A stretch of DNA of 64,000 bases from the NCBI GenBank assembly GCA_003707115.1, contig PPNB01000001.1:372001-436000 (forward strand). The letters run 5' to 3'. The number at the start of each line of letters is the position of its first letter. Within the stretch, counting starts at the first letter, position 1. This DNA comes from Tortispora ganteri (taxonomy: Eukaryota). The position numbers and the translations under genes are program-made. The notes under the pieces were generated by a model. That model searched no databases, was not told the origin of the DNA, and saw only the letters and a list, made by a program, of their open reading frames with translations. Below, piece after piece: positions 32,923-43,150 of this stretch.

Positions 32923-33663
32923 CTAATCACGCTCAGCAATCGCAATTAGCCTTTCTTCTATCTCATCGACTGAAAGGACTCGGAACTTGGGATTCTGGGC
33001 ATCGACAACGCCGACTTCAAGATCGTTCTTTCTGAAGTCCACGGCCAAAGAGGTTGATAGAGCAATGATTGCAGATTCTATCACTTCATTTAGCGAACCT
33101 TCAAAAGTTGAGACAGTCTTCAGAGTTTTCTCAAGGTAATTAGAGGCTTCTTGTTGTTTAGGTCCAGACGCCACAGCCTTGTAGCTCGTATAGAAACCAG
33201 CGGGATCGCACTTATAGATTTCCGGGCCTCTTTCTTCGTCAATTGATATTAGCGTCATCGCAACACCCAAAGGTCGCATATAAGCTCTCTGTGTGTAGAC
33301 CTGGTTAATATCGGCGAGCCGTTTGGCTAGCACCTGTACTGGAACATCGTAACCGTACTTGTATTTAAAATCTGTGGCTTCTGTTCTCGCTCTCTGTACT
33401 GCAGCACGCGAGTCGGCAATAGATCCGTTTAAAACTGCTCCGATATGAGGCGCGATTGTGAACAGGAATGATACAGTGTCGGGATCCAGTAGTTTGTCTG
33501 GCACTTTCTTCTGACTGACAACTACCGCGCAATCTTTACCCTTTATAGCCAATGATGTTATATTTGACGAGTTTATGGCTTTAAACGCATATTCTACCTG
33601 GTAAAGACGTCCGTCAGGTGAGAAGATAGTGATATGGCGGTCAAATCCTGCGCTGTTGGACAT
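32923..33663 (-). CDS. SCL1: 20S proteasome subunit alpha-1 (PSMA6)
   Basis: [37 protein letters not shown] and YKCDPAG. Confidence 0.97.
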   Translation of the reverse strand: MSNSAGFDRHITIFSPDGRLYQVEYAFKAINSSNITSLAIKGKDCAVVVSQKKVPDKLLDPDTVSFLFTIAPHIGAVLNGSIADSRAAVQRARTEATDFKYKYGYDVPVQVLAKRLADINQVYTQRAYMRPLGVAMTLISIDEERGPEIYKCDPAGFYTSYKAVASGPKQQEASNYLEKTLKTVSTFEGSLNEVIESAIIALSTSLAVDFRKNDLEVGVVDAQNPKFRVLSVDEIEERLIAIAERD

Positions 33664-33967
33664 TGTGGCTAATGGGAAGTTCTACAACCGGTCGGACTTC
33701 TATCTATCCAGATCCACAGCCCTACTAGCATTTCAGTTCACAATAAGCTGTTTGTACAATAAACCATTTTATAAGTAAATTTGCAGCATATTATTGTTTT
33801 TATTATGTAAAATAATGTCTAGACTGTTTCGGTAACGTACAACATGTCTCAACACCTCGAGGATTATATTTCGCCATAGAACTCAATTTCCAACTAGAAG
33901 GACTAGTAGAGGTATATGTTACTTTAGTGAGATTTTTACATCAATATAACTGTAACGTATAATGTAA

Positions 33968-35446
33968 CTATAATTCAGCTGCGACATAAAACAAATAAGC
34001 ACCAAGGGTTTTAGAGCCCTGAATATAATTTGGCACATTCAGCTTTTCGTTAATCGAGTGCGCACCATCGTCTCCGCGTCCCATAGGCAGCAAGAGGACA
34101 TTCTTGTTCAGCGCTTTTTCGAAAGAAAGAGCAACAGGAATCGAGCCGCCCTCTCTAGTGTAGTCGGGCTCAACATTCCAAACTTCCTTGGTAGCCTTTG
34201 CCGCGGCAACATAGTTCGGATGGTTGGGCGAAGAAAGCCACCAGTTGCCGGCGTGTAGGCACTCGGCCTTCACCGTGTTCTTGGTGTTCAACTTCTTAGC
34301 CTCCTGATCAATGTAGTCGATAACACATTTATCAAGCTGGTCCATCTCTATATTCGGCACGGTTCTAATGGAGAACTTACCTTTTACCTTTGCCGGAATC
34401 ACCGTCTTCGCGCCAGTAGTAGAGAACGCACCTTCAACGCCGTGAATACTCAAGGATGGATATCTCCACCTGCCCATAAGCGTTCGCTTTTTGTCGTCAA
34501 ATAAGTTGGTCTTGGATCCAAGCGCACTCTGCAGCTCTTCTACAGAGAAGTGTATCTTCTCGTATAGCGCATCTTCCTCTTCCGTGACGGGAGCAACCAT
34601 GTCCATGACACCAGGTATTTGAATAGTGCCATCAGAAGTGACAAGCTTCGAGAACAGATGGACCAGGTCAGTCATAGGTTCTGCTGCGGTGCCGCCAAAC
34701 ACTCCAGAGTGGAGATCAGCGCCAGGGCCGCTGACGGTGATCTGATAGTAAGAGACTCCGCGAAGTCCATAAGTGAGGGCGGGATGGGTGGTTCCGAGCC
34801 AGTAGTTATCTGAGATGCAGACAGCGTCCGCATCTTTAAACCATTTGTCCTTTTCGATTTCAATGAGCTCGTCCAGACCATCAGAGCCGTACTCTTCCAT
34901 TCCTTCAAAGCAAAAGATGAGGTTGACTGGGACGTCAATATCAGCTTCTTTGTAGGCTTGCAGGGTATTAATCCAACCAATTACGGGACCCTTATCGTCG
35001 GTAGATCCACGGCCATAGAGCACATCGTCTTTCTCTACGAGTTCAAAAGGCTCAGTAGCCCATCCGTCTTCTAGAGCGGCAGGCTGGACGTCGTAGTGGC
35101 CGTATATGAGGATATTCTTTTTCGCGGGATCGTTGCCGAGCTTGCCCAAAACAATTGGGGGCAATTGCAAACCATCAAAACCGTCCTGCTCACCCATGTA
35201 GCGGAATTCAACGATTGTACCGAGTTTCTTCAGTTCTTCAGATAAGAAGTTGGCCATTTCGACGACCTTGGGGCGCCGTTCTGGCTCTGCAGAAACTGAG
35301 GGGATCGCTACAGCCTTGGAAAGTCTATCAATGAAGACGGGTTTCAGTTCGTCAATCTTCGAGAAAAGTTTTGGCAAGTCAGACATATTGGAGTAAGATC
35401 TAATGAGGGTGTTTCTAAGAGATGCGCGGAGAAGTGCAAATCTCAT
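33968..35446 (-). CDS. DUG1: Cys-Gly metallodipeptidase (M20); second in-frame ATG at 35386
   Basis: YGHYDVQPA, GRGSTDDKGP, EGMEE, ISDNYWLG, REGGSIP and DGAHSINEK. Confidence 0.95.
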   Translation of the reverse strand: MRFALLRASLRNTLIRSYSNMSDLPKLFSKIDELKPVFIDRLSKAVAIPSVSAEPERRPKVVEMANFLSEELKKLGTIVEFRYMGEQDGFDGLQLPPIVLGKLGNDPAKKNILIYGHYDVQPAALEDGWATEPFELVEKDDVLYGRGSTDDKGPVIGWINTLQAYKEADIDVPVNLIFCFEGMEEYGSDGLDELIEIEKDKWFKDADAVCISDNYWLGTTHPALTYGLRGVSYYQITVSGPGADLHSGVFGGTAAEPMTDLVHLFSKLVTSDGTIQIPGVMDMVAPVTEEEDALYEKIHFSVEELQSALGSKTNLFDDKKRTLMGRWRYPSLSIHGVEGAFSTTGAKTVIPAKVKGKFSIRTVPNIEMDQLDKCVIDYIDQEAKKLNTKNTVKAECLHAGNWWLSSPNHPNYVAAAKATKEVWNVEPDYTREGGSIPVALSFEKALNKNVLLLPMGRGDDGAHSINEKLNVPNYIQGSKTLGAYLFYVAAEL

Positions 35447-35832
35447 TCGAAAGTCTAATTTTAACCGCTCGAGAGATAGTCACTGTACAACCACGGCGGG
35501 TTCAACAAAAAGGGGGTCCTGTCTATGGACGAAACTTTAAATATTCAGTTTTGGGTTTCCCCTCCCATATTGGCGTAGACCGGAAGCCTGAGTCTACCTT
35601 AACATCCGCTTCAAACAGTGCCTTAAACACGTTGACAATTTAAGGCATATCAAGTTCGTTTTCTTGTATTCTCTTATTTGTTCTGCAAAGCAAGGAAAAT
35701 TCCGTGTCAGATCTTCCAACAGCATTTTGTCGTCGTAAAAAATACATCCCATCTGCACTTAGTTAGACCTCCTCTAGCATTCAGCCTACCTTCAAACACA
35801 ATAGCAACAGCTTTCACCTGCACCTGCCAATC

Positions 35833-37581
35833 ATGTCCTGGAAACTGACAAAAAAGCTCAAGGAAACTCATATAAGCCTACCCGGCGCAGGAAGCCGCGA
35901 TAAAGAGAAGGACAAATCCAAGTCTTCAACCAGAGATACCTCGGGAACACTCTCCAATCAGACCCCGGCTGCGACCATATCCTCTTCAAACATTGCGACA
36001 TCGCCGCCCAACTCCTCAAAATCCGATATCTCAATTGCAAATCCTGCATCCTCGCCTATCAACGGGCCAAACTCTGTGTCGTCAAACGTCTCTACGAAAA
36101 CAGGCCCTGCTATCCTTACCGTCGTTATCCATTCCGGTCATCGCATATCTTTACCAGACCTTCCCGAAGAAGACATTTCGGCCGAGTACGATCGTCGCGG
36201 AAGACCGCTTGGTGAAACACTTGATATCGCCCAGTTTAAGTCAAGCACGCAGGAAAAACTCCGCCGTGCATCTAACTACCGGCCCTACCTGGTAGTGGAG
36301 TACGACAAGAATCAGATCGTCATAGAAGCCACTTCAGGCTCATTCGAAGATCCGGTATGGGAGAAAACCGCCAGCTTCGATATTAGCAAGGCTGTTGAAC
36401 CTATATCTATACAGGCATACGTACGTACTGGATCAACTTACAAACGCTCGGATGATATTTTCCTTGGATTTGCCTCCATAAGCGCAGAAGAAATATGTGC
36501 CAAACCAGAGCTCGACCAGTGGATACCTTTCTCTTCTAGTAATGGCTCAATCCATATATCTGCTAAGCTGCAAACGGCATCTGTCGAGCCTCTATCTATT
36601 GAGCAGTTCGAACTTCTTAAAGTAATAGGCAAAGGATCTTTCGGCAAAGTCATGCAGGTCCGTAAAAAGGATACCAATCGAATTTACGCCCTTAAGACGA
36701 TCAGAAAGGCCCACGTTGTTTCCAAATCTGAAGTAACTCACACTCTCGCAGAAAGGACTGTTCTTGCTCAAGTCAGAAACCCTTTCATTGTACCTTTGAA
36801 ATTTTCATTCCAGTCACCTGAAAAACTGTACCTCGTGTTGCCTTTCATTAACGGAGGAGAACTGTTCCATCATCTTCAGAAGGAGGGTCGGTTCTCGTTG
36901 AACCGTTCGCGATTTTACACTGCAGAACTTCTCTCGGCATTGGAATGCTTGCATTCCTTTAACGTTATATACAGAGATTTGAAGCCTGAAAACATCTTGC
37001 TAGATTTTACGGGTCACATAGCACTATGCGATTTTGGTCTATGCAAGCTGAATATGGCCGAGAGAGACAAAACAAATACGTTCTGCGGTACTCCGGAATA
37101 CCTTGCTCCTGAATTGCTTGTCGGAAGAGGTTACACCAAAGTTGTTGACTGGTGGACTCTTGGTGTTCTGCTTTATGAGATGCTGACGGGACTACCGCCA
37201 TTTTACGATGAGAACACTAATGTGATGTATCGTAAGATTCTGCAAGACGTTTTATTGTTCCCTTCGGATATGGACAAAGACGCTACTTTGATTTTGACCG
37301 GTTTGCTGACGCGCGATCCTTCTCGACGACTAGGAGTTAACGGTTCAGCAGATATCAAGGCCCATGCTTTTTTCAAAAATATCGACTGGGACAAACTTAA
37401 TGCGAAGAAGTATCCCGCGCCGTACCAGCCTTCTGTTGAAAGCGCTTTAGACACATCTAATTTTGATGAAGTGTTTACTGAAGAGGTGCCTGCGGATTCC
37501 GTTGCCAATGACTATCTTTCAGATTCAGTACAGCAGCAGTTTGGCGGCTGGACCTACAATGGATCACGATTGAATTCATGA
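35833..37581 (+). CDS. YPK1: AGC kinase Ypk1/Gad8
   Basis: MSWKLTKKLKETH N-terminus, C2-like region, GKGSFGKV, TFCGTPEYLAPE, and hydrophobic motif QFGGWTY. Confidence 0.96.
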   Translation: MSWKLTKKLKETHISLPGAGSRDKEKDKSKSSTRDTSGTLSNQTPAATISSSNIATSPPNSSKSDISIANPASSPINGPNSVSSNVSTKTGPAILTVVIHSGHRISLPDLPEEDISAEYDRRGRPLGETLDIAQFKSSTQEKLRRASNYRPYLVVEYDKNQIVIEATSGSFEDPVWEKTASFDISKAVEPISIQAYVRTGSTYKRSDDIFLGFASISAEEICAKPELDQWIPFSSSNGSIHISAKLQTASVEPLSIEQFELLKVIGKGSFGKVMQVRKKDTNRIYALKTIRKAHVVSKSEVTHTLAERTVLAQVRNPFIVPLKFSFQSPEKLYLVLPFINGGELFHHLQKEGRFSLNRSRFYTAELLSALECLHSFNVIYRDLKPENILLDFTGHIALCDFGLCKLNMAERDKTNTFCGTPEYLAPELLVGRGYTKVVDWWTLGVLLYEMLTGLPPFYDENTNVMYRKILQDVLLFPSDMDKDATLILTGLLTRDPSRRLGVNGSADIKAHAFFKNIDWDKLNAKKYPAPYQPSVESALDTSNFDEVFTEEVPADSVANDYLSDSVQQQFGGWTYNGSRLNS

Positions 37582-37696
37582 CGTTAATGCCAACGAAGCT
37601 TGCATTGTTTTGTTTTCCTCTTTTAACTGTCATAACTATAATGCATATTCTACGTCACTTTTTTCATATCTCTGTCAGCGTCCATGCGGGTGTTAG

Positions 37697-38113
37697 TCAA
37701 TACTGGTAACCGCCCTCCCATATATCAGCAGCATAGTCTGCCGTAAGCTCTTTGTCATTACCGTAATCTGACTGCCACTGCACAAAACCGCCTTTCAGTA
37801 TATACACCTCCTGGTCGGGGTTACCGCCGATGAGTTCCTGGTACCTGTAGTAGCTCCATGCAGCAGCCGGACCTCTCTGCTGCGATAATGCACAGTGAAA
37901 TATCAGTTTCGGAGTTTTTGCGAATTGTTTAGCGACAATTTCTGGCCTAAATGAGGACGACGGTATGTTTATCGAGTCAATGATATGGCCACCGACGTAA
38001 TCGTTGTCGCGGACGTCAATGACGCGAAATGTGCGTTGGTCTGGCGCAAGTCGCGCCTCTTTAAGGATCCACTCTTTCAGTGTCTGGCGATAAATGGGTA
38101 TCGGCGGTTGCAT
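37697..38113 (-). CDS. YCH1: Cdc25-like rhodanese phosphatase/arsenate reductase (Ych1/Ibp1/Arr2 family)
   Basis: IDVRDNDYVGGHI, active site FHCALSQQRGP, and VYILKGGF..WQ. ATG at 38113. Confidence 0.85.
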   Translation of the reverse strand: MQPPIPIYRQTLKEWILKEARLAPDQRTFRVIDVRDNDYVGGHIIDSINIPSSSFRPEIVAKQFAKTPKLIFHCALSQQRGPAAAWSYYRYQELIGGNPDQEVYILKGGFVQWQSDYGNDKELTADYAADIWEGGYQY

Positions 38114-38387
38114 GGACAAATTAGTAGCGAGCTTAGACTAGTTCTATACACAAATGTAACGGTGGCTAGAATAGATAAAACGTACGGCTATTAAGGTGTA
38201 GATCAAACCTTAATATAAGATTGCGCAATTTCGAATATCGATTGTGTGCAGTAATGTTATATACTAGCTGGATCAGTAATAGACGCATTTCGCTGTCTCG
38301 CTTGCATATCTTTTCTTGGTAATTGTGTTTGCCGGAGTCTTACCGATGGTAATATAGATTTACAGCTTAACTAGCGTCATACTACTA

Positions 38388-40871
38388 ATGAGATCATCTG
38401 TCGCTTGTGAAAGCTGTAGAGGCTCTAAAACCAGATGTGATGGTGCCGGTAAGAAAGCCTGTTCGGCATGCCTAGCGAATCAACGCATTTGTCGATACGT
38501 CTATACAAGGCATAAAATGCCCGACGGAACAAACCCTTCTATATGGTTTAGCATGTCCTCGCCAGATCAACCGCAAACAGATGGCGATCCTGAATGGGCA
38601 GCTCTAATATCTTCGCAGACGTCATCAATTCCGCATCCTACTCCTTTATCCTTGCCGAAACATTCACATACAGCTTCACAGTCATCCATATCATCCTTTT
38701 CTAGACAAAATATTGCTGCTTCGCAGTCTTCACCCTCTAATTCTTCTCAACAATCAAACAGCCGTCCTATTATCGCTATTCTACCTGAGCCTGTGTGCAT
38801 ACTGCCGCACAAACTTCTCATTCTTCAACTCGTCCAAGACTTCTTCCAGTCATACCACCAAACGCTCCTTTTCAGCCTGCATCCGTCCACTCTTTTACAA
38901 TACATACAGTCTCCGGCGTTCGACCCAAAATCCTTTGTGTTTGTTGACTCGTCAGCTGCAACGAGCGATCGTAGCTCCTTGACACCTTCCCCCTTGCTTA
39001 TCGTGGCCCTTGTCACCATAACTGCGCACAAATCACAGCACATAGTTAAAAACTATGGTCTTTTCTCAGAGGCACACCTCCCAGAGCGGTTCCTTCCCGG
39101 CGACGATGATGCAGCGCGACAGCGTCTAAAGAATTTCCATCCTACAGCATTCAACGGGCCGCCTACTGCCAACAGGGCCACGTCCTACTTTGAATATCAT
39201 GCACATTTGCTGATAACCAAGAGCCTGGACAAACCCAGTTTAAGGTCCGTACAGGCGCTAACTATCCTTGCCCTCCACCACTGGAACCGTGGCAACGTCA
39301 CACGTGCTACAATCTACCTTGGAATCGCTTCTCGCATGGCAAGCACGTTAAAGTTGTTTTCGACATTTGCAAATGAAAGATTAACAGACCAAATTGTTTC
39401 TGAGATGTCACGAAGAACTGTATGGTCGCTGCTAATGGTCGATAGATGCATGTCTTCTTCACCTTCCAGACTGCCAATAATAGACACCCGACGAGTAAAT
39501 ATTCTATTGCCTTTGTCGGAAGATGCTTACGCATCCGCAATTAAATCGACTCAGTTAACTTTATCGCAGTTAATTACAGCCCTTTTCATAAACAAGCTGT
39601 CCCCACAAGACAGTAACATTTTCACTCAGACGAGCCTTAACGGCTTTAAAGTTGCCTTACTAGAGATTTGGTCGCGTGTATCTGAGTACGTCGCGACCAA
39701 TAACCCTGACGATTTTTATGAAAAACCAATGAATACTGCATCAGACTTCCATATCCTTGACCGCGCTTTGGACCGCTGGATCGCTTACCTTCCAAGCCAG
39801 TTTCAGTATTCCCACACAACACTAGCGACACTCTATTCTACTGGCAAAGGACTTCACTATGCCTACATTCACCTATTGTATTTCACATGTCTCATCCTGC
39901 TATGCCGTCTTCAAATTTATGAGCCTAGCTCACGAATGCCGCAAGTATGGCTTGAAAGGTCTTACTCGCGGCTGATCGAGTCTCTACTGGCAGGTGGTAG
40001 ATTATTGAACACTATTGCAGGTCACCAAATATCAGCTATAGATCCGCTGATTGCCTTTTCGGCCTTTGTAGTTGGTGCAGTATCTCGAACTTGCGCACTG
40101 CACCTAGACTGGCTGCAAGCCGCTTTTGTCGTGAATGTTGAGCACGAATCAAGGCAGTTTTACGAACCTCTGTCGGACTTCACATACGATTACACGCAGA
40201 CACAGGGGTACCAGATAATGAAACAGTCTCATAATTCACCAGCAGACTCGCAGATGCTGTGTAACGCTCTGTGGCAACATTACGAAAGTTCGCTGTCGTA
40301 CCTGCGCATGTGGTCGCCGACAGTCGAAGCTGCTTCGAACATGCTACATACTTTGCAGAATGTCGATTTCAGAGAATCAACTGTTTTTGACCTTTATATC
40401 TATGATTCACATACCGAAAATCCTATCGAAATCCCATTTAAGGATAATGACGCTGCTGCACGAACAACAGATGTTAACAAATCTCCTTCAAGCAGCCAGG
40501 GATTCTCGTTTTCAAGACTCACTTATAGACCCCGCGACGTCCTTTATGACCCACATGACTTTGTCAATAATGTCAGTAATGGTAACGAACTGTCTGGCAA
40601 CAACATGCCCAACGTGCAAGGCCATGATTACGAGCCCATGATAGATCGGAATTTCACTGCAACGCCTCCTCCTCATTTCAGCGACCCTTTAAACAAAACA
40701 GGGTCTGTAAGAACTAACTGGACGACTGAAATGGCTAGTGGAATATCCGGAAACAAAGCTAAAGCTGCAATGGATGCAGTAAACTCGCTTAGTGCTATCC
40801 TAGGAGGCAAGTATAATGTACCGGGACCCAAAGAGCTGAGTGAATTTTTAGATGAGGACACTTCTAATTAA
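38388..40871 (+). CDS. Zn(II)2Cys6 transcription factor with fungal middle-homology domain
   Basis: ACESCRGSKTRCDG...CSAC....IC, and RRTVWSLLMVDR. Confidence 0.93.
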   Translation: MRSSVACESCRGSKTRCDGAGKKACSACLANQRICRYVYTRHKMPDGTNPSIWFSMSSPDQPQTDGDPEWAALISSQTSSIPHPTPLSLPKHSHTASQSSISSFSRQNIAASQSSPSNSSQQSNSRPIIAILPEPVCILPHKLLILQLVQDFFQSYHQTLLFSLHPSTLLQYIQSPAFDPKSFVFVDSSAATSDRSSLTPSPLLIVALVTITAHKSQHIVKNYGLFSEAHLPERFLPGDDDAARQRLKNFHPTAFNGPPTANRATSYFEYHAHLLITKSLDKPSLRSVQALTILALHHWNRGNVTRATIYLGIASRMASTLKLFSTFANERLTDQIVSEMSRRTVWSLLMVDRCMSSSPSRLPIIDTRRVNILLPLSEDAYASAIKSTQLTLSQLITALFINKLSPQDSNIFTQTSLNGFKVALLEIWSRVSEYVATNNPDDFYEKPMNTASDFHILDRALDRWIAYLPSQFQYSHTTLATLYSTGKGLHYAYIHLLYFTCLILLCRLQIYEPSSRMPQVWLERSYSRLIESLLAGGRLLNTIAGHQISAIDPLIAFSAFVVGAVSRTCALHLDWLQAAFVVNVEHESRQFYEPLSDFTYDYTQTQGYQIMKQSHNSPADSQMLCNALWQHYESSLSYLRMWSPTVEAASNMLHTLQNVDFRESTVFDLYIYDSHTENPIEIPFKDNDAAARTTDVNKSPSSSQGFSFSRLTYRPRDVLYDPHDFVNNVSNGNELSGNNMPNVQGHDYEPMIDRNFTATPPPHFSDPLNKTGSVRTNWTTEMASGISGNKAKAAMDAVNSLSAILGGKYNVPGPKELSEFLDEDTSN

Positions 40872-41035
40872 TGAATGATGTGTATATATGATTTTATGTT
40901 GAGAAATACTAACGACCATGCGTACTTGTGATACTACTAATACCACACTCATCGTCGTTTACTTATATACGACTATTTATTAGCTTAGTCACACGATATA
41001 CCGGCACGAACATAGACTCACAAGACGTAGATATA

Positions 41036-43150
41036 TTATTTGCCATTCGCAAAAGTCTTAATATGGCGAACAATGTTTCTTTGCTCGTGCTTAAGCAGCA
41101 CACCAAATGCAGAAGCCACCACCAACTCCGCAAAATCTATGTCTGCCCATCTCTTGCATTTGAGGAACTCCATATCGGCTTGTAGGAAAACAGGACTAAG
41201 CGAATAACTCGGAACATTATTAATACGAGCAACTGGCTTACCCTTGCCTTCCTCATAAAGCTCACAGTTGTACAATTCGTTGTACGCATTCGTAATGCTC
41301 ATTCTGGTTTCAGGCGACTTAGAAGCTAGAAAGCTCGAGAACTCCGACGACTCGTCGCTCATATCATTGTAGAGTGGAACCTGACCAGGACTAGTGGGCT
41401 CTAAAATTGGGCTGACACTCTCTGACCTGTTCGCAATAGCAGCACTAGCCGCCGCAGCATCAAAAGCCATAGTGTTAGAGTCGGTACTCAGCGACCTGCG
41501 CAGTTTAGTCCAAAAGCTCGATCTTCTTTGTTGGGTGTACTCAAAATTCTCTACAGAACATCGGCGGCTAGAGTCTGGTGACCTAGAAAAATCAGGATTG
41601 ACTTTTTGGCTCTTTAGTGACTCTCCAAGCAGTTCATAGCTTTGTGGAGACGTAGATGCGCGTCTTGGAGGATGCATAGCGAACTTCGACAAAACTTTAG
41701 GGAACGAGCTGCGACGTTCACAAAATGAATTATCCGGAGAATTGGGTACTTTTGGCTCTATGGCTTTCAAACTTTCGCGGCGGAGACGTCCGAACTCCAA
41801 ATGTAATTTGTTGCGGCTGCCGGATAAGAACTTTGCGCTGCTTGCCGGCGATACCTTATTGCCTTTAGTGAACTTCCAGTAGAACTTGCAATTGTGATAC
41901 TCAAAGCGGTACTTGCGGCCATCCGTTGATGCTATAATTTCAACGCGGAGACAGTTTTGAAATACAACCAGCATATTCTTCAAATACACGTCTTCCAAGA
42001 TTGGAGGCCCAAGTCTCTCATCGGTCCGAATAGCCCCTGGGCGTTCGGGTTTCAGTTTGACTGTACATATGAGTCTTCCAGATAATGGACCACCACCTCG
42101 ATATATGTCTATGGCTAAGTCATTGTAATGTGCTATATCTGCATGGTACAGCACCTTCTCTGAGCTCAGAGAAGTTGCACACAGAGCCAAGCCATTACTT
42201 CCAGCGGCATTTAGCACATAAGTGGATTTTTCAACATAAGGTATAGGAGGGAAATAACGAGAAAACTCAGCAGAGGACAGAATCTTTGCTCTATTAGGGA
42301 GCCCAAATCCAGAAGAGCGTCTCCTGGGTCCTTCCGGAAACCTATTCAGAATTTTCTGAGCTTCCTTTTGTTCACGCAGATTTTCCTGTGATGAAGTGAG
42401 AGAAGCAAAGGAAGAATGTATAGGGGTAAAAACATCGTCTTGCAACCAAATGGGGATCTTAACGTTTTTCCTTAATTGCTTCAGATCAAAACTATCATCT
42501 GAGGTCAAGTTGAACTCTGCTCTATGCTTTCTGTTTTTGGACGCAGCAGAAGCTTGAGTGTGATGGGCATCATTTGATAATTTCAAATTCAGATCAGCTG
42601 CATTATGGTCAATTGTCTGAGACTGCTGTGTAGTCACATCAGGCACAGAGCTAGGAGTGTACGTAAACAAGGGGTCAAGTGGGTCGACGCAGCTCTTTCC
42701 ATATTCTGGAATGAGATGTCCCAAGTGTTCCTTAGAATCGATGACTTTTTCCACGACGACTTCAGAGCTGTCGTCCTTAGAAATGGCATTAGAGGCGATC
42801 TCATTTGCAAATGAGAAAGCTTTCAAATCCGGTGCTACCGGTGACCATGGAGAGGGAGGGGTCGATGGACGGATAACATATTCAGGGATATGTGTATAAT
42901 AAGAAGAGGTTTTAGGCGAGTAGAGACAAGTACTAGGAAGACTGTTGTGACGGTTTGAAAATGACTGATATCTTCCAGGAGGGGAACGGCTTCTTGCGGC
43001 AGAAGACCTGCGTTGAAGCGATCTTGGAATTCTCATATCATCTTCTGCGTCGTAAGTAGGAGCCTCTAAAGATAGAGAATCAGATGAGTTAGAAACAGTA
43101 CCTACAAAACTGGGTTCCAGTACTGGCAGGCATGTATCAGTACGAAGCAT
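41036..43150 (-). CDS. uncharacterised Ser-rich protein with a probable split tubby/scramblase-like C-terminal fold
   Basis: 704-codon ORF. Beta-rich segment (KYRFEYHNCKFYWK) and terminal hydrophobic helix (AELVVASAFGVLLK). The fold assignment is inference. Confidence 0.75.
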   Translation of the reverse strand: MLRTDTCLPVLEPSFVGTVSNSSDSLSLEAPTYDAEDDMRIPRSLQRRSSAARSRSPPGRYQSFSNRHNSLPSTCLYSPKTSSYYTHIPEYVIRPSTPPSPWSPVAPDLKAFSFANEIASNAISKDDSSEVVVEKVIDSKEHLGHLIPEYGKSCVDPLDPLFTYTPSSVPDVTTQQSQTIDHNAADLNLKLSNDAHHTQASAASKNRKHRAEFNLTSDDSFDLKQLRKNVKIPIWLQDDVFTPIHSSFASLTSSQENLREQKEAQKILNRFPEGPRRRSSGFGLPNRAKILSSAEFSRYFPPIPYVEKSTYVLNAAGSNGLALCATSLSSEKVLYHADIAHYNDLAIDIYRGGGPLSGRLICTVKLKPERPGAIRTDERLGPPILEDVYLKNMLVVFQNCLRVEIIASTDGRKYRFEYHNCKFYWKFTKGNKVSPASSAKFLSGSRNKLHLEFGRLRRESLKAIEPKVPNSPDNSFCERRSSFPKVLSKFAMHPPRRASTSPQSYELLGESLKSQKVNPDFSRSPDSSRRCSVENFEYTQQRRSSFWTKLRRSLSTDSNTMAFDAAAASAAIANRSESVSPILEPTSPGQVPLYNDMSDESSEFSSFLASKSPETRMSITNAYNELYNCELYEEGKGKPVARINNVPSYSLSPVFLQADMEFLKCKRWADIDFAELVVASAFGVLLKHEQRNIVRHIKTFANGK

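Noticed and set aside
37697..40871. YCH1-like gene divergent from a Zn2Cys6 factor as an arsenic-resistance cluster
   Set aside because: No Acr3 transporter or bZIP Yap8-like gene nearby. Adjacency alone is uninformative in such a dense genome.
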